A stretch of DNA of 64,000 bases from Methanobacteriota archaeon (lineage in GTDB: Archaea > Methanobacteriota > Methanobacteria > Methanobacteriales > Methanobacteriaceae): positions 19,540 through 83,539 of the forward strand of contig CAWBCJ010000001.1 in the NCBI GenBank assembly GCA_963787255.1, written 5' to 3'. The notes beneath the pieces are model-generated. The model searched no databases and was not told the DNA's origin. It saw nothing but the letters and a program-made list of their open reading frames with translations. Below are positions 50,990 to 62,348 of the stretch, piece after piece; position 1 is the first letter of the stretch; each line of letters starts with the position of its first letter. The translations under genes and the position numbers were made by a program.

Positions 50990-51591
50990 TTATCCTCGTA
51001 TCTTTGAAAAGAAAAATCTAATTAAAATATTGATTAACCCTCCCAAAAGTCCGAATAAAGCAAGTATTAATATAGGAGCAATCATTTCAAATACAAAAAC
51101 ATTGAAATAAGAAATTTCACTGCTAAACGTTATATTACTCCTAAAAATCAGGAGTATCAAACCAGCAATTAAACCTACAATTATCCCATTAAAAACCCTT
51201 TCTTCATCACTGCTAGCAACAAGAGATGCTACCAGACCCCCGATTACAATGAGTACTAAAGCATAATTTTGATCAATTAAAAATAATGGGAATTAGAACT
51301 ATTAAAATTCCTGTAATTATGGCCAATATTCTTATAATATCCTTTTGAGTGTTTGATTCCTTTAAATTTTCTTCTTTGGAATTTGAATTACTTTTTTGGT
51401 GGAGTTTCTGTATCGCAGTCGGGGCATATGTTTATCTCATTTAAAGGGTCCATTTCTTCATCAATATGCGAATTGAAGTTTTGAACGTATCTTAAATTGC
51501 CTCCACATTTACAGGATTTAAAATCTTCTGGAGATTCTCCTTCCTTTAGTTTATAGTAACCGCCGCATTTTTCGCATTTAAGACGAGACAT
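50990..51591 (-). pseudogene. Zinc-ribbon protein with a C-terminal membrane domain, two frame changes in A/T runs
   Basis: ORF 51388-51591 has CEKCGG...CKCGG...CPDCD. Downstream frames continue SNSNSKEENLKESNTQKDIIRILAIITGILIVLIPIIFN, then DQNYALVLIVIGGLVASLVAS...LFGLLGGLINILIRFFFSKIRG*. Confidence 0.5.
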
Positions 51592-51845
51592 TCATACACC
51601 ATTATTATTAAATTATGTATTATATTATTATTTAGACTTCAAATCTAATATAGTTTAAAGCGATTAATAATTGAAAACGAGGATGAAAAAAAACTAGTTG
51701 ATTAAAAAAAAGTAGTAATTATTATTAGCCTCAGCTCGCCCATCATTCATCACCAATCAGAGCTCATAGGGTTCATCATCGGCTAAAAAAAATATAATTC
51801 GATTTAATAGAATAAAAATATTTGGAAAAAAATAAGGAAATGAGA

Positions 51846-53075
51846 TTAACCGAACATTACGCCGGCTTCTCTTCCAACTTCTTCGTCTTTTTCAAGTCCT
51901 ATAATCTTATCAATTGCGTCCATGAAGTCGTTCATTGTAACAATGGATCTTTCTTCCCTTATTGCAAACATACCTGATTCTGTACATATTGCTTTAAGGT
52001 CAGCACCTGAAGCACCTTCTGCAAGTGATGCAACAAGTCTAAGGTCCACTTCCTCTTCTAATGACATGTTTCTAGTGTGGATTTTTAAGATTTCCATTCT
52101 ACCATCTTCGTTGGGTATTGGTACTTCAATGAACCTGTCGAATCTTCCAGGTCTTAAAAGAGCTGGATCCAGTATATCTGGCCTGTTAGTTGCTGCAACA
52201 ATTCCAACATCCCCTCTAGCCTCAAAACCGTCCATTTCCGCTAGAAGCTGCATGAGTGTTCTTTGAACTTCTCTGTCACCGCTGGTGGAACTTTTAAGTC
52301 TCTTTGCTGCAATTGCATCTATTTCATCGATGAAGATTATACTTGGTGCTTTTTCTTTTGCAAGTTCGAATACACCTCTAACAAGTCTTGCACCTTCACC
52401 TATGTATTTTTTAACGAATTCGGATGCTACAATTTTTATAAAAGTTGCATTGGTTTCGTTTGCAACTGCCTTTGCAAGAAGTGTTTTACCTGTTCCAGGT
52501 GGACCATAAAGAAGCACTCCTTTTGGAGGTTCGATTCCAATATTTATAAACAACTCTGGTTTTTTAAGTGGGAGTTCTACTGTTTCTTTAATTTCAACTA
52601 CCTGATCTTCAAGCCCGCCTATTCCTTCATAGTTTACTTCAGGCTTTTCTTCAACTTCCATACCTGTTATTAGTGGGTCTTTTTCAGATGGTAAAACATT
52701 TACAATGCTAAATGTTTGTTGATTTAAAGCAACCCTTGCACCGGGTTCAAGTGAATTTGTATCTAATAAACGTGAATATCCAATTACGAAATGAGGGCCT
52801 GTGCTGCTTTTTACTACAAGTTTTCCATCTTCTAACACTTCTGTAATGGTGGCTACTACAAGTGGTGGAGATTTAAATCGCTCAATTTCTCCTCTAAGGG
52901 ACTTTACTTCTCTGTCAAGCCTCATCTTTTCATTTTCTACTAAAACTTTGTCTTTTTCTAATTTTCTTACTTTCCACATTAGATTTCTTTTTGTTTTAGT
53001 ATTTTCTTCTTTGAGGAGTTTTATTTCCTTTTTAAGATCTTCAGTTTTCATTATATTTTTGGACATGTCTTCCAT
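51846..53075 (-). CDS. pan: Proteasome-activating nucleotidase
   Basis: N-terminal coiled coil, OB domain, Walker [16 protein letters not shown], Walker B IIFIDEID and second region of homology. 409 aa. Confidence 0.92.
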   Translation of the reverse strand: MEDMSKNIMKTEDLKKEIKLLKEENTKTKRNLMWKVRKLEKDKVLVENEKMRLDREVKSLRGEIERFKSPPLVVATITEVLEDGKLVVKSSTGPHFVIGYSRLLDTNSLEPGARVALNQQTFSIVNVLPSEKDPLITGMEVEEKPEVNYEGIGGLEDQVVEIKETVELPLKKPELFINIGIEPPKGVLLYGPPGTGKTLLAKAVANETNATFIKIVASEFVKKYIGEGARLVRGVFELAKEKAPSIIFIDEIDAIAAKRLKSSTSGDREVQRTLMQLLAEMDGFEARGDVGIVAATNRPDILDPALLRPGRFDRFIEVPIPNEDGRMEILKIHTRNMSLEEEVDLRLVASLAEGASGADLKAICTESGMFAIREERSIVTMNDFMDAIDKIIGLEKDEEVGREAGVMFG

Positions 53076-53341
53076 GATCCTTGCTCACTCCTAAAAAATT
53101 TTTTTTTTATAACTTTTTTTTTATTTGTAATATTTGATTAATATATAAATAGATCAGTCATTATTTTAGTTTTAATAATATTTAAATATTGAGGATATAA
53201 ATATAATGAAAAAGAATTAATATAACTATTTTAATTTAAAAAAAGATTTATTAAAACAATTATATATTCATTAAAAGAGTACTTTTTCTGCAAGTGAAAA
53301 AAATTCAATTTATTTATAATGACTAAGTCAAAGGGATTAAC

Positions 53342-53800
53342 ATGAGATGCGAGATATGTGGAAAGAAAATAATTGGAGATCCAATGAGAACAAAGATAGA
53401 AAGCTCTATTATGCTTACCTGTAACGAATGCGCTAAGTTTGGGAAAATACAAAGAGAACCACCAAAACCAAAACCCCGCAGACCAATAAATAGAACTCAA
53501 AGAAGGAGAGAACCATCAGAAGAAGTTGTTGAAGATTATACTAAATTAATAAGAGATTCCCGAGAAAAGAAGGGATGGTCTCGTGAAGAACTAGCCGAAA
53601 AATTGTATGAAAAGGCTTCTGTTATAAACAGAGTTGAATCTGGAAAAATGGTTCCGGACATTAAACTTGCAAGAAAATTGGAAAGAACGCTTCATATAAC
53701 ACTAATTGAAAAATTGGAAGACATTAGCCAGAAGGATATGGATTCTTCTTCTGCTAGAGGCGCTACTATTGGAGATATAGCTCGAATTAAAAGACATTAA
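53342..53800 (+). CDS. Archaeal multiprotein-bridging factor 1 (zinc ribbon + XRE-type HTH)
   Basis: Contains CEICGKKI...CNECAKFG, then KKGWSREELAEKLYEKASVINRVESGKMVPDIKLARKLE. Confidence 0.85.
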   Translation: MRCEICGKKIIGDPMRTKIESSIMLTCNECAKFGKIQREPPKPKPRRPINRTQRRREPSEEVVEDYTKLIRDSREKKGWSREELAEKLYEKASVINRVESGKMVPDIKLARKLERTLHITLIEKLEDISQKDMDSSSARGATIGDIARIKRH

Positions 53801-53877
53801 AAATAGAACTAATTATTTTTTTTTGGGGGAATAAAAAAAAGGTGATATGAATTTTCGGCTTTGAAATTCATTACATT

Positions 53878-54234
53878 TTATTTTGATTGTTTATGTGAAT
53901 AATAACCTTTAAGTGGTGGTGATTGGGTATATATTTGTTTTATTTCCCCGAATTCTTTATATTCATCACTTATAACCACTAGATGGGCTGGTGGATGTAT
54001 TTTTTTTACGTGCATTATACTTTTTGTTGTATCTTCTAAAACTTTTACAATAACCGCTATTTTACTTTCGGTCCTTATATTTTGTTTAAGAATTCTTTTA
54101 GCAAAGTTATCTGCCTGTTTAGGGTTAATTAATTTGGGTTTGCCTGCTATTTTTAAATTAGCATGCCTTTCTATATCTGCAAGTGCATTTAAAAGTTTTT
54201 CTTGTGTGTCTGCACGAATTAAGATTAAAGCCAT
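53878..54234 (-). CDS. Hypothetical protein at the distal end of the pseudomurein operon
   Basis: 118-aa ORF, 73 bp downstream of 54308-55562 on the same strand. No motif recognised. Confidence 0.4.
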   Translation of the reverse strand: MALILIRADTQEKLLNALADIERHANLKIAGKPKLINPKQADNFAKRILKQNIRTESKIAVIVKVLEDTTKSIMHVKKIHPPAHLVVISDEYKEFGEIKQIYTQSPPLKGYYSHKQSK

Positions 54235-54307
54235 TTTTTATCACATTTTTATATTATAAATTATATTATATCTTTTTTAAAAAAAATAGTTGAATTATTT
54301 TTATAGT

Positions 54308-55562
54308 CTATTTTTTAAATGATTTCATCAAACTGCTTCTAAATAATACAAGCAATATTAAAATTAGACCTATTGCAGTTTGTATATTCCCAAGTAAGTC
54401 CAGAATCGATGAGCTTACTGGTAAATTCCATGGGGGTGCTGATCTACCATTAGGAAGTGGCTTGAAATATACTCCCACCGCTTTTGAACTTTCTTTAACA
54501 TTAATATCCTTCGGTTCTACGTAATTAACACCTACCAAAAGCCCATTATCAATTGCATTATTGATACTATTTGCTATTTCTACATTACTGTAGCCTTTTT
54601 TCCTAACGGATAATGCAACAATTTCTTGAGTTGTTTCTCTAATACCAAGTTCATCAGAACCATATACAGATACCTGTACCGATTGACCGGTTACTGTAAT
54701 TGCACTAGACAGGGCGTCATAAGCGTAAATAGTTTTTAAAGCGGTTCCATCATTTGGACAAACTTGATAATTGTCTGCTGCCGGGAAACCAATACTCCAA
54801 CCGTCTGCAGGGCAGACTTTACTGTACGGAGTGTTCATGGGATAACCAGTTGTATTTAGCTTTTCAGGAGTGAACATATCCCCTGTAGTTATTCCTGAAG
54901 CTAGATTTGTACCCCCACCACCGTATTTTTCACCAGCATCATTGGATATTTCCTTAAAAGCCTGTCCAAGTATATAAGGGGCAGAATATCCATCTCTTAT
55001 CATCTTACCTATGTTTACTGCAGTTTCTTGACGCACTTTAGTCGCTGTTCCATACTTAGGATTACCATGAGTGTTTCTTAAGTGAATTATAGCTCCTTTT
55101 TTCCCTGCAGGTAAAACAGCTAATCCTCCAGAATAAGGAGTTACAGTAATGGTTCCATCGTTTTCTACTATTACTACATAAGCATCAAATGAACCACCGA
55201 CTGCAGCTCCCTGGGTGGCACTTCCAACCATTACCCTGATTCCTTGAAATGAACTTGCAGAAGATGCAGCTGTTGAAGGGTTAGCTCCTGCCTTCAATCT
55301 TTTAGTAGTTTCCACAATAGCGCCTAATCGAGCTATGGAATCACCTTCACCTCCTGAAAGAACAGCAAAATGGTTGTCTTTTGAAAGTAAAAATGTGGAC
55401 TGGAACATGTTTTCAGCAAATGACATACTTCCTGCTGCAGCTCCATTAGGGTCTTTTCCTGTTGGATTCTGTAACAATAACAACGTTAGTTGTTGCTGCT
55501 ACAGGTCCAATTAGCAGGGTAAGTATAATAATGAATAAAAGTAATTTTTTCATATTTTTCAT
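54308..55562 (-). pseudogene. Secreted, C-terminally anchored protein of unknown function in the pseudomurein operon; the signal peptide is in a different frame
   Basis: MKNMKKLLLFIIILTLLIGPVAATTN (ATG at 55562) is out of frame by one base with the 391-aa body (ORF 54308-55483). The body ends in a TM helix (IGLILILLVLF). Confidence 0.5.
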
Positions 55563-55574
55563 CGCTATTTTCCT

Positions 55575-56027
55575 CTATACTTCAGTTGAAGGGTTTACTC
55601 CTATTGGAGTTACTTGTAAATTCGAGAAATCCTCTATAACATTTACTGTAACAATTCCCTGTTCTTTATCAACTTTAACATCTGCAGCCACTATCGGGGT
55701 TAATCTTGTACCTGGAATGGTTGTTAATGTTGCAAATTTCTTAGCGTTTTCTATTGCCTCATTAAGGGGTAGTTCTCGCTTACCTGTTACAAGGGTGTCT
55801 CCTTTGATGTAGCTTCCTGATCTAAAACCTGCCTGTGCTATGTTACTCCTAATTGAATCTGTTGGAACTACGTCATTTCCTTTTATAATCACTCCAGATA
55901 TGGGTACGCCCTGATCTGAGTCTACAGATGTGGCATAAGACATATAACCCATTGTTCTTCCTGAAACAATTAAAAGAAATGCTAGCATTAAAATGATTAA
56001 TGTATCTCTTCTTATTTTTATGAACAT
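55575..56027 (-). CDS. N-terminally anchored small extracytoplasmic protein in the pseudomurein operon
   Basis: A TM helix is followed by a ~110-aa domain (ISGVIIKGNDVVPTDSIRSNIAQAGFRSGSYIKGD...EAIENAKKF...GIVTVNVIE). Confidence 0.45.
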   Translation of the reverse strand: MFIKIRRDTLIILMLAFLLIVSGRTMGYMSYATSVDSDQGVPISGVIIKGNDVVPTDSIRSNIAQAGFRSGSYIKGDTLVTGKRELPLNEAIENAKKFATLTTIPGTRLTPIVAADVKVDKEQGIVTVNVIEDFSNLQVTPIGVNPSTEV

Positions 56028-56103
56028 TCTCTTATCTCACATATTAGTTAATGAATTAAAATTACATTTGATATTATAACAATTTAAATATTTTTTATAA
56101 ATA

Positions 56104-57522
56104 TTATAGAAACTCATTTAAAATCTTATTTGCAGGATCCATGCCCTGCGCGCCAATTAATAAAATTGTATCTTGGCTTTTTGATAATTTAATTACCTTT
56201 TCCAATGCATCATATAGTCTTTTATAAAAGATATAGTTTATCCCTTTTTTTTGAAGTACATCTATAAAAACTTTTTTCTCATTGTCATTAACTATGTTTA
56301 AATTATCCACAACATCGCTGCTGCTGGTTATAATAAGTTTATAATAGCTATTTTGAAGCCCTTCTGCAATGGCTTCTGCATTAACTTGATTAATAGCTTC
56401 GCCTCTTGAACCTCTAATAGCTGAAACAACGTAAAAATTTCCATTTCCTATTAAGGCAGCGTTTTTTATTGTGGCTTTTATTCCATCGGGATTATGTGCA
56501 AAATCATCTATGATACAAGGATTCTCATTAATTACAGTAAAACGTCTCTTTAAAGGTTTATATGATTTAACAGCCTTTTTAATCACTTCAATACTAACTT
56601 TTAAACTTAAAGCAGCCCCTACAGCCGCCATGGTGTTTTGAATGAAGTGATCGCTTTTAAAGGGAAGATTATCTCTCTTTATACAAATATTTCCTTTATA
56701 TGAAATTCCTTCATTATTTATGATTATATCTGCATCTTTTCCAAAAAATAGAACTTCGTTATCTTGTGATGTGAGATTTTCCATCTTTTTTACAAGTGAA
56801 TCATCTGCATTTAAAATTAAATGGCCATCTTCTTTTTTTAGTGCTTTTACTGCCCCTGAAGTTTCTTGAAATGTTTCTTCAATGGAATTCACAAGACCTA
56901 TATGGTCTAAAGCTACGTTAGTTATAACAACTGTATCTGGATCAATTGCAGATGTCATTAGGTAGGCATGATCCTTCATTATATTATTAAGCCATCCTTG
57001 GACTTCAGAAACTTCTATAACCATTGCTTCTATATTTCCTTTAAATTCGGCAATTTGTTTTGCGACCATGGGGTCAATTAGGGTGTTAAATTCAGATTTT
57101 GAGTCTGTATTGGTGTAGGTATTGTATCCTGCTTCCTTTAGAATGTTGTAAATCATGTGAGTTGTTGTTGACTTCCCGTTGGTTCCTGTTACCACAATAC
57201 GCAGTGATTTTTGTGCAAATTTATTAATTGCCCATTTTATGGCAAATGCATTGGCTAGTTCTATTTTTTCAGTTATTATAAAGGGTAATCCCAATTTTTC
57301 TGCAGCTTCAATGGCTTTACCTTTGGGATTTTGAGTTATTATAATTGAAACGCCTTTTTTGGCTGCAATTTCTACTCCTTTTTCATCTATCCAGTGCCGG
57401 ATTACTGCATCGTTGTGTTTTGCGTCTTTTAAGATGTTGAAAATACCTTTCATTACTTTATCTGGTCCTTTGAGTTTTCCATCTATTTTTTCTGCAATTT
57501 CTGATGCTTTAGGTTCATTCAT
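56104..57522 (-). CDS. Mur-ligase-family peptide ligase (pseudomurein type)
   Basis: P-loop VTGTNGKSTTTHMI, with Mur ligase middle and C-terminal domain layout. 472 aa. Adjacent to the MraY-like gene. Confidence 0.8.
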   Translation of the reverse strand: MNEPKASEIAEKIDGKLKGPDKVMKGIFNILKDAKHNDAVIRHWIDEKGVEIAAKKGVSIIITQNPKGKAIEAAEKLGLPFIITEKIELANAFAIKWAINKFAQKSLRIVVTGTNGKSTTTHMIYNILKEAGYNTYTNTDSKSEFNTLIDPMVAKQIAEFKGNIEAMVIEVSEVQGWLNNIMKDHAYLMTSAIDPDTVVITNVALDHIGLVNSIEETFQETSGAVKALKKEDGHLILNADDSLVKKMENLTSQDNEVLFFGKDADIIINNEGISYKGNICIKRDNLPFKSDHFIQNTMAAVGAALSLKVSIEVIKKAVKSYKPLKRRFTVINENPCIIDDFAHNPDGIKATIKNAALIGNGNFYVVSAIRGSRGEAINQVNAEAIAEGLQNSYYKLIITSSSDVVDNLNIVNDNEKKVFIDVLQKKGINYIFYKRLYDALEKVIKLSKSQDTILLIGAQGMDPANKILNEFL

Positions 57523-57551
57523 TTTCTTTCACATAGACATTATTTGTTAGA

Positions 57552-58688
57552 TTAAAGTAGTGGGTAGAAATAGAGTGCTAATGCGCATATTATAATGGTG
57601 ATAAACCAGTATAGGAGTATGATTTTCTTTTCAGAAAGCCCTTTATAATGTAAAGTATGATGCAATGGTTCTACAGGTAATTTAATGATGTGTGCGCGAT
57701 GTAAAAGACTTACAATAACTGAGAGGATGGGAATAGTAAGTGCAATTACTGCAAAGTAAATAATATCACCTAAAAATGCTGCTGTGATGTAACCTGCGCC
57801 TAATGCAAATGATCCGGTATCTCCCATGAATATTGATGCCGGATACCGGTTTAATGCTAGGAATCCGAATGAAATACCTGCAAGTGCAATGAAGGGTATT
57901 GATCCATCAATATTTCCAACAGAAATAGAGAAAATTGCACATGCAGTGGATGCTATTGCTAGTATTCCTGCTGCAAGGCCGTCCATACCATCAATCAAGT
58001 TTACAGAGTTTATTGCACCAATTATACCAAATATTATTACCGGAATTATAAAAATACCTAGTTCAAATCCGAGTACAGCTGAACTGACCGCTCCTGTACC
58101 AATTAAAAATAGGGAAATTAGAAATTGGGCGAATATCTTTTCACTTTCTTTAACTTCGCTTTTTATAGGTGCTTCTCCGATTATTTCAACATTATTTTCT
58201 TTTAAATGTTTTTCAAGGTCTTCTTTAGCTTTAGGGGTTGCAATTCGTGCTTCTTCTCCCGGTTTAAGCATTAATCTGCCTATTTCTATTGTGGTGGAAG
58301 ATAAGTTTTTGACTTTTTTTTGGATTTCCTTGGTTTTTAGACCTATTAAATCATCCATGAGGCCAATTATGCCTGCAGTCATCATCAACATTGCTGTGAT
58401 GATTAAATTAGAATTATTAAAATATATGCATGCAGTAAGAAGAATTCCTAGAAGTATTGCAAGTCCTCCCATTGTTGGAGTTCCTGCTTTATGGCTGTGT
58501 TCTGTTACAATTGGTTTATCAGTTATATTAGCATCCTTCAGTATCTTTCTTACAAATAATGTGAAAAATAACGTTGATAGGAATGCCAGAAGAAATATAA
58601 AAATGTCTGTCTGTGAAATGTTCAACTTACCACCTGATTTCATATAATAATATTTATTATTTAATTTGTATGGTTCTTTTTTTTTCAA
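57552..58688 (-). CDS. MraY-like phospho-sugar transferase (glycosyltransferase family 4), pseudomurein type
   Basis: Polytopic membrane protein with the motifs GLMDDLIGL, NLIDGMDGLAAG and FMGDTGS. Confidence 0.8.
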   Translation of the reverse strand: MKKKEPYKLNNKYYYMKSGGKLNISQTDIFIFLLAFLSTLFFTLFVRKILKDANITDKPIVTEHSHKAGTPTMGGLAILLGILLTACIYFNNSNLIITAMLMMTAGIIGLMDDLIGLKTKEIQKKVKNLSSTTIEIGRLMLKPGEEARIATPKAKEDLEKHLKENNVEIIGEAPIKSEVKESEKIFAQFLISLFLIGTGAVSSAVLGFELGIFIIPVIIFGIIGAINSVNLIDGMDGLAAGILAIASTACAIFSISVGNIDGSIPFIALAGISFGFLALNRYPASIFMGDTGSFALGAGYITAAFLGDIIYFAVIALTIPILSVIVSLLHRAHIIKLPVEPLHHTLHYKGLSEKKIILLYWFITIIICALALYFYPLL

Positions 58689-58755
58689 TTTGATTAATAG
58701 TAAATAATTTATGTTATTTTATTGAATTTTTATATTATGGTGTATATAATGCTTT

Positions 58756-59886
58756 TCAAGTTATATGAAACTTTTTATAATCAATATTTAACTTTCTTGC
58801 ATTATTAAATGCTTTTTCCAGGGTTTCAGCACGGATTGTGATGCGTTGGAAATTTTCGGGGCCGTGAATTATATATGAATCGCTGCCTTTAAACACTCTG
58901 AAATTAAAATTATTTTTTTCTGTTTTATAGTTGCCGACAGGTAGCTCAAGCGCACAGTAATTTTCAATTCGTTTTTCTACTTCTTTATTATTCCATTTAC
59001 CTGCGGCCATATCCACGAGTTCATGCATCGGGCTTATGTTTGTGGACGCTGCAGTTAAGTATCTAGTGCCACTAGGACGAGTATTTATTTCTATAAAATA
59101 ACTAACAGCTTCATTTTCATCAAATATAATATCGATGTCAATTACACCTTCGGCACCTAAAGAATCGGCAATTATACCTGCTTGTTTCATTATTCCTTGA
59201 TTATTCAGACTGTCTATATTTAATGGGGCTGTTTTTAGTTTATCTAGGGGGTGAATACCTTCATTAGTTGTTTTTCCTTTAAATACGGGTACAAGAGGAA
59301 CAGTTTTTCCGTTATATCTTAATACCTCAATAGATATTTCTGTACCTTCAATAAATTTTTCTGCAAAAGCACCTTCAAAATCTGGTATTATATTATTATA
59401 ATCTTCTTCATTCCAGACAATTTTTATTCCACTTCCACCTTGACCTTCCAATTTTTTAAATACAGCAGGTAAACTAGGTTTTTGTCCATTTTTTGAAATT
59501 TTACAAAAAGGTGGAGTATTTATTCCACTTTTAACGAAGAATTCTTTGGTTTTAAGTTTGTCTCTAGCAGTAATAACTGCTTCTAAAGGAGATGCTACTA
59601 CCGGAATCCCGTAATCGTTTTCAAGTTCTTCTTTTAGTTTTGCGACTTCAATAAGGGGTTTATCTATTCCAATTAGAGGTAAGACTGCGTCTACATCTTC
59701 TTTAATTGCGATTTCTTTAGGTGCTTCCATTCCCCTTGGAACGATGTAATGGCTGTCTGATAACTTTAAGTTTGGTGAATCAGGGTTAGATTCAGTTAAT
59801 ATGGAGGTGATTCCTTCGTTTTTTGTATATATTGCTATATCGTCGAAAAGTCTTGCTCCGATAAATAGTATCTTCATTTTTATCAC
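58756..59886 (-). CDS. ATP-grasp enzyme related to the carbamoyl-phosphate synthase large subunit (pseudomurein operon)
   Basis: Has ATP-grasp layout (KLKTKEFFVKSGINTPPF, GGSGIKIV, EKFIEGTEISIEV, IEINTRPSGT). It is the first gene of the minus-strand operon. Confidence 0.7.
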   Translation of the reverse strand: MIKMKILFIGARLFDDIAIYTKNEGITSILTESNPDSPNLKLSDSHYIVPRGMEAPKEIAIKEDVDAVLPLIGIDKPLIEVAKLKEELENDYGIPVVASPLEAVITARDKLKTKEFFVKSGINTPPFCKISKNGQKPSLPAVFKKLEGQGGSGIKIVWNEEDYNNIIPDFEGAFAEKFIEGTEISIEVLRYNGKTVPLVPVFKGKTTNEGIHPLDKLKTAPLNIDSLNNQGIMKQAGIIADSLGAEGVIDIDIIFDENEAVSYFIEINTRPSGTRYLTAASTNISPMHELVDMAAGKWNNKEVEKRIENYCALELPVGNYKTEKNNFNFRVFKGSDSYIIHGPENFQRITIRAETLEKAFNNARKLNIDYKKFHIT

Positions 59887-60105
59887 TGGAAATCAATTAA
59901 ATAAAAATATTTAGTAATATTGATTTGTTTTAAGTTATTAAATACGTTAAGAAGTTTATTTTTATTATACTTAAATAATATTGAATTTTATTGGTTTCTT
60001 ATCTTGATTTTTAGATATTTAAAGTCGAATGGTAATAATCATAGTATGATGAATTTCAATAAATTTATTAAAATTAAAAGTTAACATTATAATTGGTGAT
60101 TAATA

Positions 60106-60462
60106 ATGGAACAAAAACACGGAGCTATTAAACAAGCTAGAAAACTAATGGGATTTTCTCCCGATGTATTAGACATGTATGAAGAACTAAACCCCGAACT
60201 ATTAGAAATAATTGGAAAGTTTGATAAAATAATCCTAAAAGACGGAGCTTTACCCACTAAAACCAAAAGATTAATTGCATTAGGCATCATAATCTCAAAC
60301 CAATGCGGATACTGTGTTGAACAACAACTTAGAGCTGCGATTAATGCTGGAGCTACAAAAGAAGAAATAGTAGATTTAATGGGTGTTGTACTACTCACCT
60401 CTGGAGCGCCTGCACTGGCTTCATGCCGAGATACAATAGCAGAAATAATTAAAGAACTTTAG
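60106..60462 (+). CDS. Carboxymuconolactone decarboxylase / AhpD-like family protein
   Basis: CxxC-type motif NQCGYCVEQQLRAAINAGATKEEI. Confidence 0.8.
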   Translation: MEQKHGAIKQARKLMGFSPDVLDMYEELNPELLEIIGKFDKIILKDGALPTKTKRLIALGIIISNQCGYCVEQQLRAAINAGATKEEIVDLMGVVLLTSGAPALASCRDTIAEIIKEL

Positions 60463-60467
60463 AAGAA

Positions 60468-60929
60468 TTATATCAACTCAAAAAGAGTATTTACAACAAT
60501 TTCAATACTCTTTTCAACTTCCTTAGATATTCCTTCAGCAAGCTCCATGTTCTTAGGTTGCATTCCAACTAGAATGATCCGAGCACCAATTGTAGTTTCC
60601 ATAAACTTAATTAAAAACGAAATAGGCATTGCATGGGTTGAAATGTTATACTTAGCTATTTCATCTTTTTGAACTACCCTAATATGTCCTGGTTCCTTCT
60701 TCATTTCCACCGCATCAACCAATATTATGTGGGTGGGCTCTTCATTCCTTATAAGACTCGTATAATTTTCAGGAACAGTACCACCATCAAAAACAATAAC
60801 ATCATCATTTTTCTCAAATAGATCATTTAGTTTCCATACTATATTGGGACCCAGACCATCATCGCCTTTTATTTCATTTCCTATACCTAAAATAACAATT
60901 TTCCCATGATTTTTAAGAAACTTTTTCAA
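60468..60929 (-). CDS. Hydrogenase maturation endopeptidase (HycI/FrhD family)
   Basis: Contains ILGIGNEIKGDDGLG, ILVDAV and STHAMP. Confidence 0.8.
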   Translation of the reverse strand: MKKFLKNHGKIVILGIGNEIKGDDGLGPNIVWKLNDLFEKNDDVIVFDGGTVPENYTSLIRNEEPTHIILVDAVEMKKEPGHIRVVQKDEIAKYNISTHAMPISFLIKFMETTIGARIILVGMQPKNMELAEGISKEVEKSIEIVVNTLFELI

Positions 60930-61743
60930 CTCTTGTTTTAATACTATTTAATCCACCACCCATCACATAACTGAGTTTGATCTCTATTTGATCTCCCATA
61001 TCTACATTAATCCTTTTTATAGGAACAAGTAAGGGAGGATTCAACATGGGAGTTGGCCCGCAAATTATTTCTTCAGTAAGCAAAGTGAATGTTGTGATCT
61101 TAATTCCTGAGATAATTCCTTCTTTTAAAACTTTAAACTTAATATTAGCCTCTAACTCTTCTTCAATTTTATTTTTAAAATTAATTTCGTTATAAATTAC
61201 TAGATCACTCATTACTTCATAATTAGGCTTTTGATTGGCTTCAGGGTCTTCATAACAGATGTAATCTCTATCCATGCTGATGATCTCAGCTCCATTTAGA
61301 ATCTTGCATGGAATGATATCTCCATCTTTTTTAAGGTATTTTAAAATAGAATTGATTACCGGGATCTGTTCCTCGTCAATTAAAGCGGTGTCTAACATTT
61401 CACAGATAATTAAATCGGCCTTATCTTGAAAAATAACTTCTTTTGCATCTTTATTGATTAAAATAATATTATTGAATGGTTTAAAATTATATTCGGCAAA
61501 TTTTGCTGCTTTAGTATCGATTTCAATAGAATAAACAAAGTTAGAATGAAAAGAGGCTAAAATAGATAAAATTCCGCAGCCTGCACCAATATCATAAACT
61601 ATTCCATTGGCTTTTTGTGTTATTGCTTCGTGGAAGGCTGTTAGTCTTTCTTCATCAGATAAAAGATTAAAATGATAAGGTGTTGTGCGCATTTTAGTTT
61701 TTAGTGACTTTAAGTCTACTATAGGCTGTTTTAAAGCGCACAT
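60913..61743 (-). CDS. SAM-dependent methyltransferase with a C-terminal beta-rich domain
   Basis: Motif I is VYDIGAGCGILSILAS. Its stop overlaps the start of the maturation protease gene. Confidence 0.6.
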   Translation of the reverse strand: MCALKQPIVDLKSLKTKMRTTPYHFNLLSDEERLTAFHEAITQKANGIVYDIGAGCGILSILASFHSNFVYSIEIDTKAAKFAEYNFKPFNNIILINKDAKEVIFQDKADLIICEMLDTALIDEEQIPVINSILKYLKKDGDIIPCKILNGAEIISMDRDYICYEDPEANQKPNYEVMSDLVIYNEINFKNKIEEELEANIKFKVLKEGIISGIKITTFTLLTEEIICGPTPMLNPPLLVPIKRINVDMGDQIEIKLSYVMGGGLNSIKTRVEKVS

Positions 61744-61829
61744 ACTGGATTCTTTTACTTATATATGATCAGACTACTATCTCTATTGTCTGATAAAATA
61801 ATAAGTGAGTATTTAAAAAAAAATTAAAT

Positions 61830-62279
61830 TTATGGTGAAATTGTACTACTAGCACCGGATTTTTCTAGATCCATTTGTTTTCCGATTGCAGTACTGGTTA
61901 AACGTACGTGTTCTACACCTTTTAATCTCATTATTTTTTCTGAGAGTGTTCTGATGTATTTAACATCGCCTTTAACGACTACTACTTCAAGACAGTGTTT
62001 ATCGGTCATGTGTACGTGCATTACTGCATTAATGAAATCTTTGTAATCGTGCTGGATTTCTGTAAGGTCTTCCATTACTCCTGTGTAGTGGTGGTCGTAG
62101 ATTACGGCGATTATTCCGATTCTTTCTCCTTCCATCTCGTTCATCCATTGGTATCTTACAATGTAGTCTTTTAATGCATCTCTGATACCTTTTGATCGGG
62201 ATTGATATCCTCTATCTTTTAGAACTCCATCAAATTCATTTAACAATTTTTTTGGTAGTGACATACTAATTCTCATCAC
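61830..62279 (-). CDS. nikR: Nickel-responsive regulator NikR
   Basis: RHH N-terminus MRISMSLPKKLLNEFDGVLKDRGYQSRSKGIRDALKDYI. The C-terminal metal-binding domain has HDHH...HVHM..KHCLEV. Confidence 0.88.
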   Translation of the reverse strand: MMRISMSLPKKLLNEFDGVLKDRGYQSRSKGIRDALKDYIVRYQWMNEMEGERIGIIAVIYDHHYTGVMEDLTEIQHDYKDFINAVMHVHMTDKHCLEVVVVKGDVKYIRTLSEKIMRLKGVEHVRLTSTAIGKQMDLEKSGASSTISP

Positions 62280-62348
62280 ATTTTCCCCTCCGTTATTACT
62301 TTATTATTATCATACTATTTTATAGTATTTAAATGTTGTTACTTTACA

